A stretch of 64,000 bases of DNA, taken from the NCBI RefSeq assembly GCF_004799515.1, contig NZ_SSMX01000041.1, positions 12,687-76,686 of the forward strand, in the 5' to 3' direction. Shown piece after piece: positions 10,121 to 19,925 of the stretch; position 1 is the first letter of the stretch, and each line of letters starts with the position of its first letter. Position numbers and translations under genes: made by a program. Under the pieces are notes generated by a model that saw nothing but the letters and a program-made list of their open reading frames with translations, had not been told where the DNA came from and ran no database searches. Origin of the DNA: Phenylobacterium sp. (GTDB taxonomy: Bacteria > Pseudomonadota > Alphaproteobacteria > Caulobacterales > Caulobacteraceae).

Positions 10121-11245
10121 ATGATCGCCTTCTGGGTCACGGCCGGCGTCCTTTCGGCCGCGGCGGCCATGCTGATGTTGTGGCGCGCCGCGGGCGCGGC
10201 CGCCCGTCCCGAGCCCACGGATGTCACCTCCATTTTCTACCGCCGCCAGCTGGCCGAGATCGGCGACCTGGCCGACCGCGGCCTGATCGAACCCGAGGAA
10301 CGCAAGAGCGCCGAGGCCGAGGCCGGCCGCCGCCTGCTGGCCGCCGCCGACGCGCCGGTCGAGGCCTGGACGCCGGGCGTCGGGCGAGGGCCGGTGCTGG
10401 CCGCCGCCATGGCCGTCCCGGCGCTGGCGCTGGCGCTCTACATCGCCGTCGGCGCGCCCGGCTTGGCCGACCAGCCCTTCTCCGCGCGCCTGGCTAAGTG
10501 GCGCGCCTCCGACCCGCGCACGCTGGCGCCCGCCGAGATGGCCGCGGTCCTGGAAAAGCTCACCAGCGAACGGCCCAACGATCCGGAGGGCTTCCGCTTC
10601 CTGGCGCTGGCCGAGGGCGCCGCCCAGAACCCCGCCGGGGCGGTCCGCGCCCTGAAGCACGCCGTGCGGCTCGCTCCCGAACGCGGCGACCTCTGGGAGA
10701 TGCTGGGCGAGGCCGAAGTCTACACCGCCGGCGGCGCGCTGACCGACGACGCCATCACGGCCTTCCGCCGCACCCTGGCCCTCGACCCCAAGAACATCGC
10801 CGCCCGCTTCCAGCTGGCGCGGGCGAAGATCAAGGCCGGCGACCGCGAGGGCGGCCTGGCCGACTGGCGCGCGCTCCTGGCTGACATGGCCCCCAACGAC
10901 GCCCGCCGCGCCGACCTGCAATCCGCCATCGCCGAGGCCTCCGGCGCGCCGGCCCCCGTGCAGGCCCCGCCCATGGCTGAAGGTGGTGGGGCGGCGGGCG
11001 GCCTCTCCGCCGATCAGATGTCCGCCGTGCGTGGCATGGTCGATGGCCTGGCCGCCAAGCTGCAGGCCAATCCGGACGATCAGGAGGGCTGGGTGCGGCT
11101 GGTCCGCGCCTATGCCGTGCTGGGCGACGCGGGCAAGCGCGACGCGGCCCTGAAGGCCGCCCGCGCCCGCTACGCCGGCAAACCCGAAGTGCTGGACGCC
11201 CTGACGCAGGCGGCGGCCGCCGCGCCGATGAAGCAGGGTCAATAG
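10121..11245 (+). CDS. ccmI: Cytochrome c biogenesis protein CcmI (CycH)
   Basis: N-terminal TM, YRRQLAEI...RGLI, second TM, TPR-like region, GWVRLVRAYAVLG. Confidence 0.9.
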   Translation: MIAFWVTAGVLSAAAAMLMLWRAAGAAARPEPTDVTSIFYRRQLAEIGDLADRGLIEPEERKSAEAEAGRRLLAAADAPVEAWTPGVGRGPVLAAAMAVPALALALYIAVGAPGLADQPFSARLAKWRASDPRTLAPAEMAAVLEKLTSERPNDPEGFRFLALAEGAAQNPAGAVRALKHAVRLAPERGDLWEMLGEAEVYTAGGALTDDAITAFRRTLALDPKNIAARFQLARAKIKAGDREGGLADWRALLADMAPNDARRADLQSAIAEASGAPAPVQAPPMAEGGGAAGGLSADQMSAVRGMVDGLAAKLQANPDDQEGWVRLVRAYAVLGDAGKRDAALKAARARYAGKPEVLDALTQAAAAAPMKQGQ

Positions 11246-11246
11246 G

Positions 11247-11762
11247 ATGAGCTGGCTTCCAAAATCCCCCAAGGCGCGGCGGCGGCTGACCCTGGTGGCC
11301 GCCATCGCCCCGGTGCTGGCGCTGGCCGTTGGCCTGACGCTCTGGGGCCTCAGGGATTCGATCTCGTTCTTCTACACGCCGTCGCAGGCCGCCGCGGCGC
11401 ATCCGCCGCCGGGGCGCTCGGTGCAGCTGGGCGGCATGGTGCGGATGGGCAGCGTCGCCAAGCACCCGGACGGCCGCGTCGACTTCGTGGTCGTCGACCG
11501 CACGGCCGAGGACAAGGTCAGCTTCCAGGGCGACCTGCCGGACCTGTTCCGCGAGGGCCAGGGCGTGGTGGCCGTGGGCGCCTTCCGCGGCGATGGCGTC
11601 TTCGAGGCCAAGCAGGTGCTGGCCAAGCACGACGAGAAGTACATGCCGCCCGATCTGCAGAAGGCGCTGAAGGCGCAGGGCGAGTGGCGCGGCGACGGCT
11701 CGACCCCCGACTACGCCAAGGCGCAGCCCCCGATGCAGCCCCAAAGCCAGCCCAAGACATGA
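11247..11762 (+). CDS. ccmE: Heme chaperone CcmE
   Basis: FFYTPS, LPDLFREGQGVV, heme-binding LAKHDEKYMP. Confidence 0.95.
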   Translation: MSWLPKSPKARRRLTLVAAIAPVLALAVGLTLWGLRDSISFFYTPSQAAAAHPPPGRSVQLGGMVRMGSVAKHPDGRVDFVVVDRTAEDKVSFQGDLPDLFREGQGVVAVGAFRGDGVFEAKQVLAKHDEKYMPPDLQKALKAQGEWRGDGSTPDYAKAQPPMQPQSQPKT

Positions 11763-13822
11763 TCGCCGAATTCGGATCCTTCGCGCTTGTCCTGGGGCTG
11801 GCCTTCGCCGCGGCGCAGTTCGTGTTGTCGGCCGCCGCGCGGCTGCGCCGCTCCACGGTGCTGGCGGCGGCGGGCGAGGGCGCAGCGGTGGCGGCGTTCG
11901 CCGGCGTGGCCATCGCGTTCGCCTGCCTGATCCACGCGTTCGTCACCTCCGACTTCTCGGTGGCCAACGTCGCCGCCAACTCGCACACGCAAAAGCCGCT
12001 GCTCTACAAGGTGGCCGGGACCTGGGGCAGCCACGAGGGCTCGATCCTGCTCTGGTGCCTGATCCTCACCGGCTATGGCGCGGCGGCCGCCACGCTCGGG
12101 CGCGGCCTGCCGCGGGGCCTGAAGGCCTCGATGGTGGCGACGCAAGGGGCGCTGGGAACGGTGTTCCTGGCCTATACGGTCTTTGCCTCCAATCCGCTGG
12201 CGCGCCTGCCGCTGGACCGCATCCCGGTGGAGGGCAATTCGCTCAATCCGCTGCTGCAGGACCCCGCGCTCGCCATCCATCCGCCCTTCCTCTACTCGGG
12301 CTACGTCGGGATGAGCGTCGTATTCTCGCTGGCCGTGGCGGCGCTGATCGAGGGGCGCGTCGACGCGGCCTGGGCGCGCTGGGTCAGGCCCTGGGCGCTC
12401 GCCGCCTGGAGCCTGCTCACCGTCGGCATCACGCTGGGCGCCTTCTGGGCCTACTACGAGCTGGGCTGGGGCGGCTGGTGGTTCTGGGACCCGGTGGAGA
12501 ACGCCTCGTTCATGCCCTGGCTGATGGCCACGGCCCTACTGCACTCGGCCATCGTCACCGAGAAGCGCGGGGCGCTGGCGGGCTGGAGCCTGTTCCTGGC
12601 GATCGGCGCCTTCACCTTCTCGATGCTGGGCGCCTTCCTGGTGCGCTCGGGCGTCTTGACCAGCGTCCACGCCTTTGCGGTCGATCCCAAGCGCGGGGTG
12701 CTGCTGCTGATCATCCTGGGCGTGACGGCGGGCTCGGCCTTCACCCTCTTCGCCTGGCGCGCGCCGAAGCTCAGCCGCGGCGGGGTCTTCGCCCCGATCA
12801 GCCGCGAGAGCGCCCTGGTGCTGAACAACATCCTGTTGGCCGCGGCCACCATGACGGTGATGCTGGGCACCCTCTATCCGCTGATCCGCGAGGCCATGAC
12901 CGGCGAGGCGATCTCGGTGGGCCCGCCCTACTTCAACCTGACCTTCGCGCCCTTGATGGCCTGCCTGGGCCTGGTCCTGCCGGCCGGGCCGCTCTTGGCC
13001 TGGAAACGCGGCGACCTGGCGGGCGTGGCCCAGCGGCTGTGGGCCGCGGCCCTGATCGCGCTCGCCTGCGGCGTGGGCGCCTACGCACTGGTGAGCCCGC
13101 GCAAGGCCTTCGGCGCGCTCGGCATCGCGCTGGGCGCCTGGCTGGTGGCCGGCGCGCTCACTGAACTGGCCGAGCGCACGCGCGCCTTCCGCGTCTCCGC
13201 CGGCGACAGCTGGCGCCGGCTGACCGGCCTGCCGCGCGGGGCGTGGGGCATGACGCTGGCGCACCTGGGCCTGGGCGTCTTCGTCCTGGGCGCCTGCTGC
13301 GAGCTGGGCTGGCGGGGCGAGGCCGCCGAGGCCCTGCCGCTGGGCGGCTCGCTGGACGTGGCCGGCTATCACCTGACGCTCGAGACGGTTGGCCCGCGCG
13401 AGGGCAAGAACTTCGACGCCGAGCGCGCCCTGATTCGGGTGACCAAGGCCGGCCGCGAGATCTGCACCGGCGAGCCGGACCGGCGCTTCTACCCGGCCGG
13501 CGGCCAGACCATCTCCGGCATCGCGCTCTGCTACCGTGGCGCCTCGCACCTCTACATGGTGCTGGGCGAGCGGCGAACGACCGCCCCGGATTCTTCAGGA
13601 AGGGGAGGTATGCCGGTCTGGCTGATCCGCGCCTACTGGAACCCGTGGGCCAGCCTGATCTTCCTGGGTCCGGTGATCATGGCGCTGGGCGGGATCGCCT
13701 CGCTCTCCGACCGCCGGATGCGCCTGGGCGTGGGCCGCCGGCGCGAGGCGCAGGCCGCGCCCGCCACGCCGGACGCCCCGCCGCCGACACCGCTGCGTCC
13801 GGGGCAGGAGCAGACGGCGTGA
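11759..13822 (+). CDS. ccmF: Heme lyase subunit CcmF
   Basis: WGSHEGS, LNPLLQDP..AIHPP, WAYYELGWGGWWFWDPVENASFMPW, SVHAF. Confidence 0.95.
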   Translation: MIAEFGSFALVLGLAFAAAQFVLSAAARLRRSTVLAAAGEGAAVAAFAGVAIAFACLIHAFVTSDFSVANVAANSHTQKPLLYKVAGTWGSHEGSILLWCLILTGYGAAAATLGRGLPRGLKASMVATQGALGTVFLAYTVFASNPLARLPLDRIPVEGNSLNPLLQDPALAIHPPFLYSGYVGMSVVFSLAVAALIEGRVDAAWARWVRPWALAAWSLLTVGITLGAFWAYYELGWGGWWFWDPVENASFMPWLMATALLHSAIVTEKRGALAGWSLFLAIGAFTFSMLGAFLVRSGVLTSVHAFAVDPKRGVLLLIILGVTAGSAFTLFAWRAPKLSRGGVFAPISRESALVLNNILLAAATMTVMLGTLYPLIREAMTGEAISVGPPYFNLTFAPLMACLGLVLPAGPLLAWKRGDLAGVAQRLWAAALIALACGVGAYALVSPRKAFGALGIALGAWLVAGALTELAERTRAFRVSAGDSWRRLTGLPRGAWGMTLAHLGLGVFVLGACCELGWRGEAAEALPLGGSLDVAGYHLTLETVGPREGKNFDAERALIRVTKAGREICTGEPDRRFYPAGGQTISGIALCYRGASHLYMVLGERRTTAPDSSGRGGMPVWLIRAYWNPWASLIFLGPVIMALGGIASLSDRRMRLGVGRRREAQAAPATPDAPPPTPLRPGQEQTA

Positions 13823-14271
13823 GGCTGAAGGCGGTCGCGGCGATCTTCGCGGGCCTCCTCTGCCTGGCCGCCGCCGCCGACCCGGCCGACCGCCTGGCGG
13901 ACCCCGCGCAGGAAGCCCGCGCCCGGGCGATCTTCCAGGACGTCCGCTGCCTGGTCTGCCAGAACGAGTCCATCGACGACAGCGAGGCGGAACTGGCCGG
14001 CGACCTGCGCCGCACCGTCCGCGAGCAGGTCAAGGCCGGGCGCAGCGACGCGGAGATCAAGCGCTTCCTCACCGACCGCTACGGTGAGTTCGTACTCATG
14101 ACGCCGCGCTTTTCCTGGGTGAACCTGGCGCTGTGGGGCGGCCCTTTCGCGGTGGTCATTCTGGGGGCAGGCCTGCTGCTCACGCGCCTGCGGAACCGAA
14201 CGGGCGAGCCGGAACTCTCCCCCGAGGAGGCGGAACGTGTGAGACGGCTGTCGCAAACCGATCCCACCTGA
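13819..14271 (+). CDS. ccmH: Cytochrome c biogenesis protein CcmH (CycL)
   Basis: RCLVCQNESIDDS, RYGEFVLMTP; GTG start overlaps the ccmF stop. Confidence 0.93.
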   Translation: MRLKAVAAIFAGLLCLAAAADPADRLADPAQEARARAIFQDVRCLVCQNESIDDSEAELAGDLRRTVREQVKAGRSDAEIKRFLTDRYGEFVLMTPRFSWVNLALWGGPFAVVILGAGLLLTRLRNRTGEPELSPEEAERVRRLSQTDPT

Positions 14272-14292
14272 CATGATCACGCCCTATAACGG

Positions 14293-14319
14293 TCGGATAG
14301 CCTTGGGCAGGCTATCCGA
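14293..14319. repeat. Perfect 10-bp inverted repeat between ccmH and degP (terminator or operator)
   Basis: TCGGATAGCC-TTGGGCA-GGCTATCCGA. Confidence 0.6.
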
Positions 14320-14418
14320 AAGGTAACTTGAGCGCGGTTGCGCTCTCGTGCATCGAGCCTAGGTTTACGGGGCGCGACCGCCAGGCAACGGCGGCGCGCA
14401 GAGGGAAACAGTAGTCCT

Positions 14419-16008
14419 ATGACCTCCAAGAAGACCGGCTATCTCCTGGGCGCCATCGCGGGCGCCGGCGTCATGGCCGCCGCCGTCGCGGGGGCCGGCA
14501 TGCGGTTGCCCGATGCGCACGCCGACGGCGCGCACCTGATCAAGGCTTCCACCGCCCCGATCTTCGCGCCGCCGCCCGGCGCGCCGATGTCCTTCGCCGA
14601 CATCTTCGACAAGGTCTCGCCGGCGGTGGTTTCGATCAATGTGACCAGCCGGGTGGACGCGAGCGCCCTGCGCCGCATCCCGGGCTTCGAGAACTTCCCC
14701 GGCGGCCCTCCCGGCGGCGGCGGCGACGACGAGGACGGCCCGCCCCAGTCGGGCGGCGGCGGGGGCGGCGGGCGCACCGAGCGCGGCCAGCCGAAGCTGC
14801 CGACCCAGCAGTCCGCCGGCTCCGGCTTCTTCATCTCCGCCGACGGCTACATCGTCACCAACAACCACGTCGTCGAGAACGCCGAGACCATCAAGGTCGT
14901 CCTGAAGGACGAGACCGAGCTCGACGCCACCGTGGTCGGCCGCGACGAGGGCACGGACCTCGCGGTGATCAAGGTCAAGGGCGGCCGCGCCAACTTCCCG
15001 TTCGTCAGCTTCGAGAACGCCGGCAAGCCGCGGGTCGGCGACTGGGTGATCGCGGTCGGCAACCCCTTCGGCTTGGGCGGCACGGCCACCGCCGGCATCA
15101 TCTCGGCCTATGGCCGCGACATCGGCGAGAACTTCGTCGACTACATCCAGATCGACGCCCCGATCAACCGCGGCAACTCCGGCGGTCCGACCTTCGACAT
15201 CTATGGCCGGGTGATCGGGGTGAACACGGCGATCTTCTCGCCGTCGGGCGGTTCGGTGGGCATCGGCTTCGCCATCCCCGCCGACGTGGCCGACAGCGTC
15301 ACCAAGCAGCTGATCAGCGGCGGCAAGATCCAGCGTGGCTACATCGGCGCCACGATCCAGAACTTCACCGCCGACATGGCCGAGGCGCAAGGCCTGGGCT
15401 CGCAGAAGGGCGCCATCGTCTCCGACACCGTGGCCGGCGGCCCCTCGGCCCGCGGCGGCCTGATGCCCGGCGACGTCATCGTCGCGGTCAACGGCGTGGC
15501 CATCAAGACCTCCATCGAGCTGACCCGCGAGGTGGCCAAGGCCAAGCCTGGCGACGTCATCAAGCTGGACGTGATCCGCGAGGGCAAGCACCGCGCCATC
15601 GAGATCCGCTCGGGCATCCGTCCGTCGGAGAAGGATCTGGCGCTCAACGACAACACCCCCGGCGGCGGCGATCACGGGCTGACCACTCCGCCCACCGCGC
15701 CGCATCCGTCGGTGCTGGGCATGGCGCTGGGCCCACTGGACGACGCCGCGCGCCGCCGGCTCAACGCTCCGCCTGAGGCCAAGGGCGTGGTCATCGAGAG
15801 CGTCGACCCGACCTCCGACGCCGGCCAGAAGGGCATCCGCCGCGGCGACATCATCGTCCAGGCGCCCCTGGGCCGCCAGGTGACCACGGCCGCCGAGGTC
15901 GAGGCCGCCGCGGCCGAGGCCAAGAAGGCGGGCCGTCCGGGCGTGGTGTTCGGCATCCTGCGCCAGGGCCGCACGACCTACCTCACCCTGAAGTTCGTGC
16001 CGGGCTAG
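14419..16008 (+). CDS. degP: Do/HtrA-family periplasmic serine protease with two PDZ domains
   Basis: Triad motifs VTNNHVV, TDLAVIK, INRGNSGGP; RGYIG PDZ1 and a second PDZ. Confidence 0.93.
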   Translation: MTSKKTGYLLGAIAGAGVMAAAVAGAGMRLPDAHADGAHLIKASTAPIFAPPPGAPMSFADIFDKVSPAVVSINVTSRVDASALRRIPGFENFPGGPPGGGGDDEDGPPQSGGGGGGGRTERGQPKLPTQQSAGSGFFISADGYIVTNNHVVENAETIKVVLKDETELDATVVGRDEGTDLAVIKVKGGRANFPFVSFENAGKPRVGDWVIAVGNPFGLGGTATAGIISAYGRDIGENFVDYIQIDAPINRGNSGGPTFDIYGRVIGVNTAIFSPSGGSVGIGFAIPADVADSVTKQLISGGKIQRGYIGATIQNFTADMAEAQGLGSQKGAIVSDTVAGGPSARGGLMPGDVIVAVNGVAIKTSIELTREVAKAKPGDVIKLDVIREGKHRAIEIRSGIRPSEKDLALNDNTPGGGDHGLTTPPTAPHPSVLGMALGPLDDAARRRLNAPPEAKGVVIESVDPTSDAGQKGIRRGDIIVQAPLGRQVTTAAEVEAAAAEAKKAGRPGVVFGILRQGRTTYLTLKFVPG

Positions 16009-16037
16009 GCCTTAGGTTTTCGGGGCGGGAACAGACG

Positions 16038-16709
16038 ATGCGGATCCTGATAGTCGAGGACGACCTCGAGGCGGCGGAAGCCATGGACCGGGGGCTGAGC
16101 GAAGCGGGCAACGCCTGCGTCCGCGCGGCCGACGGCGAAGAGGGCCTGACCGCCGCGCGCGACGGCGAGTTCGACGTGATGATCGTCGACCGCATGATGC
16201 CGAAGATGAACGGCGTGCAGCTGGTCGAGACCCTGCGGCGCGAGGGCGACCAGACGCCGGTGCTGTTCCTCTCGGCGCTCGGCGAGGTCAACGACCGGGT
16301 GGCGGGCCTGCAGGCCGGCGGCGACGACTATCTGGTCAAGCCCTACGCCTTCGCCGAGCTGATCGCCCGGGTCGCGGCCCTGGCGCGCCGCCGCGAGACC
16401 GGCTCCGTGCAAACCCTGCTGAAGGTCGGCGAGCTGGAGATGGACCTGATCGGCCGCACGGTGCACCGCCAGGGCAAGGAGATCGACCTGCAGCCGCGCG
16501 AGTTCCAGCTCCTGGAATTCATGATGCGCCACGCCGGCCAGTCGGTGACCCGCACCATGCTGCTGGAAAAGGTCTGGGAGTACCACTTCGACCCGCAGAC
16601 CAACGTCATCGACGTGCACATCTCGCGCCTGCGCTCGAAGATCGACAAGGGCTTCGACCGACCGATGCTGCAGACCGTCCGCGGCGCGGGCTACCGGCTG
16701 GACGCTTAG
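16038..16709 (+). CDS. OmpR-family response regulator
   Basis: DRMMP receiver, GGDDYLVKPY, NVIDVHISRLRSKID, QTVRGAGY. Confidence 0.92.
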   Translation: MRILIVEDDLEAAEAMDRGLSEAGNACVRAADGEEGLTAARDGEFDVMIVDRMMPKMNGVQLVETLRREGDQTPVLFLSALGEVNDRVAGLQAGGDDYLVKPYAFAELIARVAALARRRETGSVQTLLKVGELEMDLIGRTVHRQGKEIDLQPREFQLLEFMMRHAGQSVTRTMLLEKVWEYHFDPQTNVIDVHISRLRSKIDKGFDRPMLQTVRGAGYRLDA

Positions 16710-16727
16710 GGGGCGAGTGGCGCGCCC

Positions 16728-18128
16728 ATGCGCCTGCCGCGCATATTCCGCACCACGCCGTTCCGGCTGACGCTGCTGTTCCTGGCGCTGTTCCTCAGCG
16801 CCGCCAGCGCCCTGCTCGCCTACATCTATGTGGCCACGGCCGGCGAGGCCTCGCGGCGCACCGACGAGGAGATCCGCCGGGAGATGCACTCCCTGGTGGC
16901 GGCCTACGACCGCGCAGGCGTCAGCGCCGTCAACCAGTCGCTGATCGAGCGCGCCGCCAGCGAGCGGCCGTTCCTCTACCTCCTGATGAACAAGGACCAG
17001 AAGCGGATCTCCGGCTCCATCGAGGAGAGCCCGGTGGAGAAGTTCAACGGCGATCCCACCTGGACCACTTTCCAGGTCACCGATGTCGACGCCGCCGGCC
17101 GCACGGTCAAGCACCCGGCGCGGGGCCTGCAGCAGCGGCTGAGCATGGGCCAGGTGCTGTTCGTCGGCGCCGACGTGGGCGAGGACGAGGCCTATGTGGC
17201 CCAGGTGGTCCGCGCGCTCTGGGGCGCCGGCGCGCTCACCGTGGTGCTGGGCCTCTGCTGCGGCCTTCTGATGAGCCGCAACGTCACCCGCTCGATGACC
17301 GGCCTGACCGAGGTGGTGGAGGCGGTGCGCAACGGCGACCTGGGCGCGCGGGCCCATGTGCGCGGCGCCCGCGATGAGTTCGACGAGCTGGCCGCCGGCA
17401 TCAACGAGATGCTGGACCGGCTGGAGCGCTCGATGGCCGGCCACCGCCACGCCGGCGACGCCATCGCCCACGACCTGCGCTCGCCGCTCACCCGCCTGCG
17501 CGCCCGGCTGGAGGTGGCCTACCTCGACGTCGAGGCCGGCAAGGGCGACCCGACCCAGGCGCTGGCCCAGGCCCTGGAGGACACCGACGGCGTGCTGAAG
17601 ACCTTCGCCGCGGTGCTGTCGATCGCCCGCCTGCAGGCCGCCGGCGCCGCGCCGGACCCGGTGCTGTTCGACCCCTCGGAGCTGGCGGCCAGCATCTCCG
17701 AGCTCTACGAGCCGCTCTGCGAGGACAAGGGCATCGATTTCGCCGCCGAGCTGGCCGACGGCCTGCAGGCGCGCGGCAACCGCGAGTTCCTGGCCCAGGC
17801 GCTGGCCAACATCCTCGACAACGCCGTGAAGTACACCCCCGCCGGCGGGGCGATCATGCTGCGGGTGCGCCGCCGCTCCTCCGGCGAGATCGAGTTCTCG
17901 GTGACCGACACCGGCCCCGGCGTCCCGGACGGCGACCGCGAGCGGGTGGTGGAGCGCTTCGTGCGCCTGGAGAACAGCCGCAACCAGCCTGGCGCGGGCC
18001 TGGGCCTTTCCCTGGTCGCCGCGGTGGCCGAGGCGCATGGCGGCCGCCTCGAACTCGCCGAAGGCCCCGGCAAGGTGGGCGAGATGGGCCCGGGGCTGCG
18101 GGTGGCGCTGATGTTGCCGCGGGCCTAG
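16728..18128 (+). CDS. HAMP-domain sensor histidine kinase
   Basis: Two TM segments, HAMP, IAHDLRSPL, NILDNAVKY, DTGPG, GAGLGLS. Confidence 0.92.
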   Translation: MRLPRIFRTTPFRLTLLFLALFLSAASALLAYIYVATAGEASRRTDEEIRREMHSLVAAYDRAGVSAVNQSLIERAASERPFLYLLMNKDQKRISGSIEESPVEKFNGDPTWTTFQVTDVDAAGRTVKHPARGLQQRLSMGQVLFVGADVGEDEAYVAQVVRALWGAGALTVVLGLCCGLLMSRNVTRSMTGLTEVVEAVRNGDLGARAHVRGARDEFDELAAGINEMLDRLERSMAGHRHAGDAIAHDLRSPLTRLRARLEVAYLDVEAGKGDPTQALAQALEDTDGVLKTFAAVLSIARLQAAGAAPDPVLFDPSELAASISELYEPLCEDKGIDFAAELADGLQARGNREFLAQALANILDNAVKYTPAGGAIMLRVRRRSSGEIEFSVTDTGPGVPDGDRERVVERFVRLENSRNQPGAGLGLSLVAAVAEAHGGRLELAEGPGKVGEMGPGLRVALMLPRA

Positions 18129-18234
18129 CGGCCGAGCGCCGTTAGGGTCCTGGGAACGACTTCCATGCGACAATGCGCCACATCTAGGGACCGTGCGAGG
18201 GGATCGTGCGGGTCTGGCAGACAGGAAGGGCCCG

Positions 18235-19536
18235 ATGGGCGCCGGACTACTGAACTCGCTGGCCGAGGTGGCCAAGCGGCTGCTGCAGGATCGCGCGGAA
18301 GACCGTGGGCCCGGCGGAGTCTCTCGCCGTCGTTCCGCCGCCGGGCGGCCGGGCGAGGCGGCGGTGGTGCCGGTCAGCAGCTTCCGCATGGTGGGGCTAG
18401 CCGAGGTCCAGGGCAGGCTCGCCGACAGGTGGCCGGCCGTCGCCGAGAAGGTCCATGCCACCGCCCGCAGCGTCATTCAGCGGCACCTTGTGCGCGGCGA
18501 CGTCTTCGATCAGCACGGCGACGACGGCTACCTCGTGTTGTTCGCGACGCTCGGGCCTGACGAGGCCGAGTTCAAGAGCCGCATCATCGCGCGCGAAATC
18601 GTTGAGCGCCTGCTGGGCGAGGACGAGGCCGCTGGCCTGAACATCGCCGCCCACTGCGCGGCGATCCCCGCGCAGGCCCTGGTGGACGGGGACGTGGCGT
18701 TCGTCCTGGACCAGGCGCTGGAGGCGGCGGAGAGCAAGTCCGCTCCTACCGCGCCGGTGTCGGAGGCTGCGTCGGCCCCCTGGGTTTTCGCCGCCGATGG
18801 GCCTGGGGCGGAAGGCGCGACACATGGCTATTCGCCGGTGTGGGACACTCGGCAGATGACGCTGCTGCACTTCCGGGCGCACGCGTCCCGGGCCTGGGCC
18901 GAGTTCGACGACCGGACGCGGGAGCTCCAGGCCTACAAGAGCGATATCGCCCTGGTGCGCGCGGTGGCCGTCGATCTGCGGGGGTTGGCCGCAGAGGGCC
19001 GCAGGCTTCCCGTGACGGTGGCGATCGAGCATTCAAGCCTGTCGGTAAACAGCCAGCGGGCCAGCGTGATCCAGGCCCTGGCCGTCATCCCGGGCGCGGC
19101 GCGCAAGATCCTGACGCTGGAAATCAGCGCCCCGAGCGACGGCTTCTGGACCTACGGCTGCAAGTCGTTCCTGGAGATGATCCGGCCGCTGGGCGTCGGG
19201 CTGGCGGCGCGGGTGCGCCTGGACGAGGCGCAGGCCATGCCGCCGGCCGGAGGATTGAAGTGCGTGGCCACGGACCTGGAGGGGCCGCCGCTGCGCGAAG
19301 CGGCCAGCCTGCGGCTGCTCACGGCCTTCGGCGGGCTGGCGCGGGCGCAAGGGCATGAGTGCGCGGCCTACGGGCTGAAATCCAGGGCCCTCGTCCTGGG
19401 GGCGATCGGCGCGGGGTTCCGCTACGTGGCAGGGCCGGCGGTGCATCCCGACGTGGGCGGCCTGTCCACCGCGCTGCGGTTCGAGCCGATCGACCTCTAC
19501 GCCGACATTCAGCGCGCGGCGGCCCGCGCGTCGTAG
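18235..19536 (+). CDS. Degenerate GGDEF-like/EAL-like protein
   Basis: HGDDGYLVLF resembles the GGDEF strand; YSPVWD, LTLEIS, CAAYGL and GFRYVAG align in order with EAL-fold landmarks, but catalytic residues are missing. Confidence 0.6.
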   Translation: MGAGLLNSLAEVAKRLLQDRAEDRGPGGVSRRRSAAGRPGEAAVVPVSSFRMVGLAEVQGRLADRWPAVAEKVHATARSVIQRHLVRGDVFDQHGDDGYLVLFATLGPDEAEFKSRIIAREIVERLLGEDEAAGLNIAAHCAAIPAQALVDGDVAFVLDQALEAAESKSAPTAPVSEAASAPWVFAADGPGAEGATHGYSPVWDTRQMTLLHFRAHASRAWAEFDDRTRELQAYKSDIALVRAVAVDLRGLAAEGRRLPVTVAIEHSSLSVNSQRASVIQALAVIPGAARKILTLEISAPSDGFWTYGCKSFLEMIRPLGVGLAARVRLDEAQAMPPAGGLKCVATDLEGPPLREAASLRLLTAFGGLARAQGHECAAYGLKSRALVLGAIGAGFRYVAGPAVHPDVGGLSTALRFEPIDLYADIQRAAARAS

Positions 19537-19913
19537 CCGCCGGCCGCGGGCTGCAGGGCGGCGTCGACCGCCGCGATCAGTTCGGCCTGGCGGATCGGCT
19601 TGGTCAGGGTCGCCGAGGCGCCCAGCTGCTCCGCCAGGGTCAGGAACAGGTCGCCGCCGCGGCTGCCGCCGCCCGACATGGCGATGATCGGCGTCTGCGG
19701 CGCCCGGCGGCGAAGCTCGCCGATGGTCTCCACACCTTCGCGGTTGGGCATGATGATGTCGGTCAGCACGAGGTCGGGCATCTGGACGTCGAACTGCGCC
19801 AGGCCCTGGTCGCCGTCCTCGGCCTCCACCACTGTGTGCCCCGCCCGTTCCAGAAGGGCGCGCAGGGTGCGCCGCAGCATCTGCTCGTCGTCGATCACCA
19901 GGATGAGGGCCAT
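19509..19913 (-). CDS. Single-domain response regulator (CheY-like)
   Basis: ILVIDDE, DLVLTDIIMP, IIAMSG, LTKP. Confidence 0.9.
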   Translation of the reverse strand: MALILVIDDEQMLRRTLRALLERAGHTVVEAEDGDQGLAQFDVQMPDLVLTDIIMPNREGVETIGELRRRAPQTPIIAMSGGGSRGGDLFLTLAEQLGASATLTKPIRQAELIAAVDAALQPAAGGYDARAAAR

Positions 19914-19925
19914 CTTGCTTTCTCC

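Noticed and set aside
14700-14790. GGC-rich repeat tract in degP
   Set aside because: In-frame Gly/Pro/Asp-rich flexible loop typical of Do-family proteases; not a contingency repeat.
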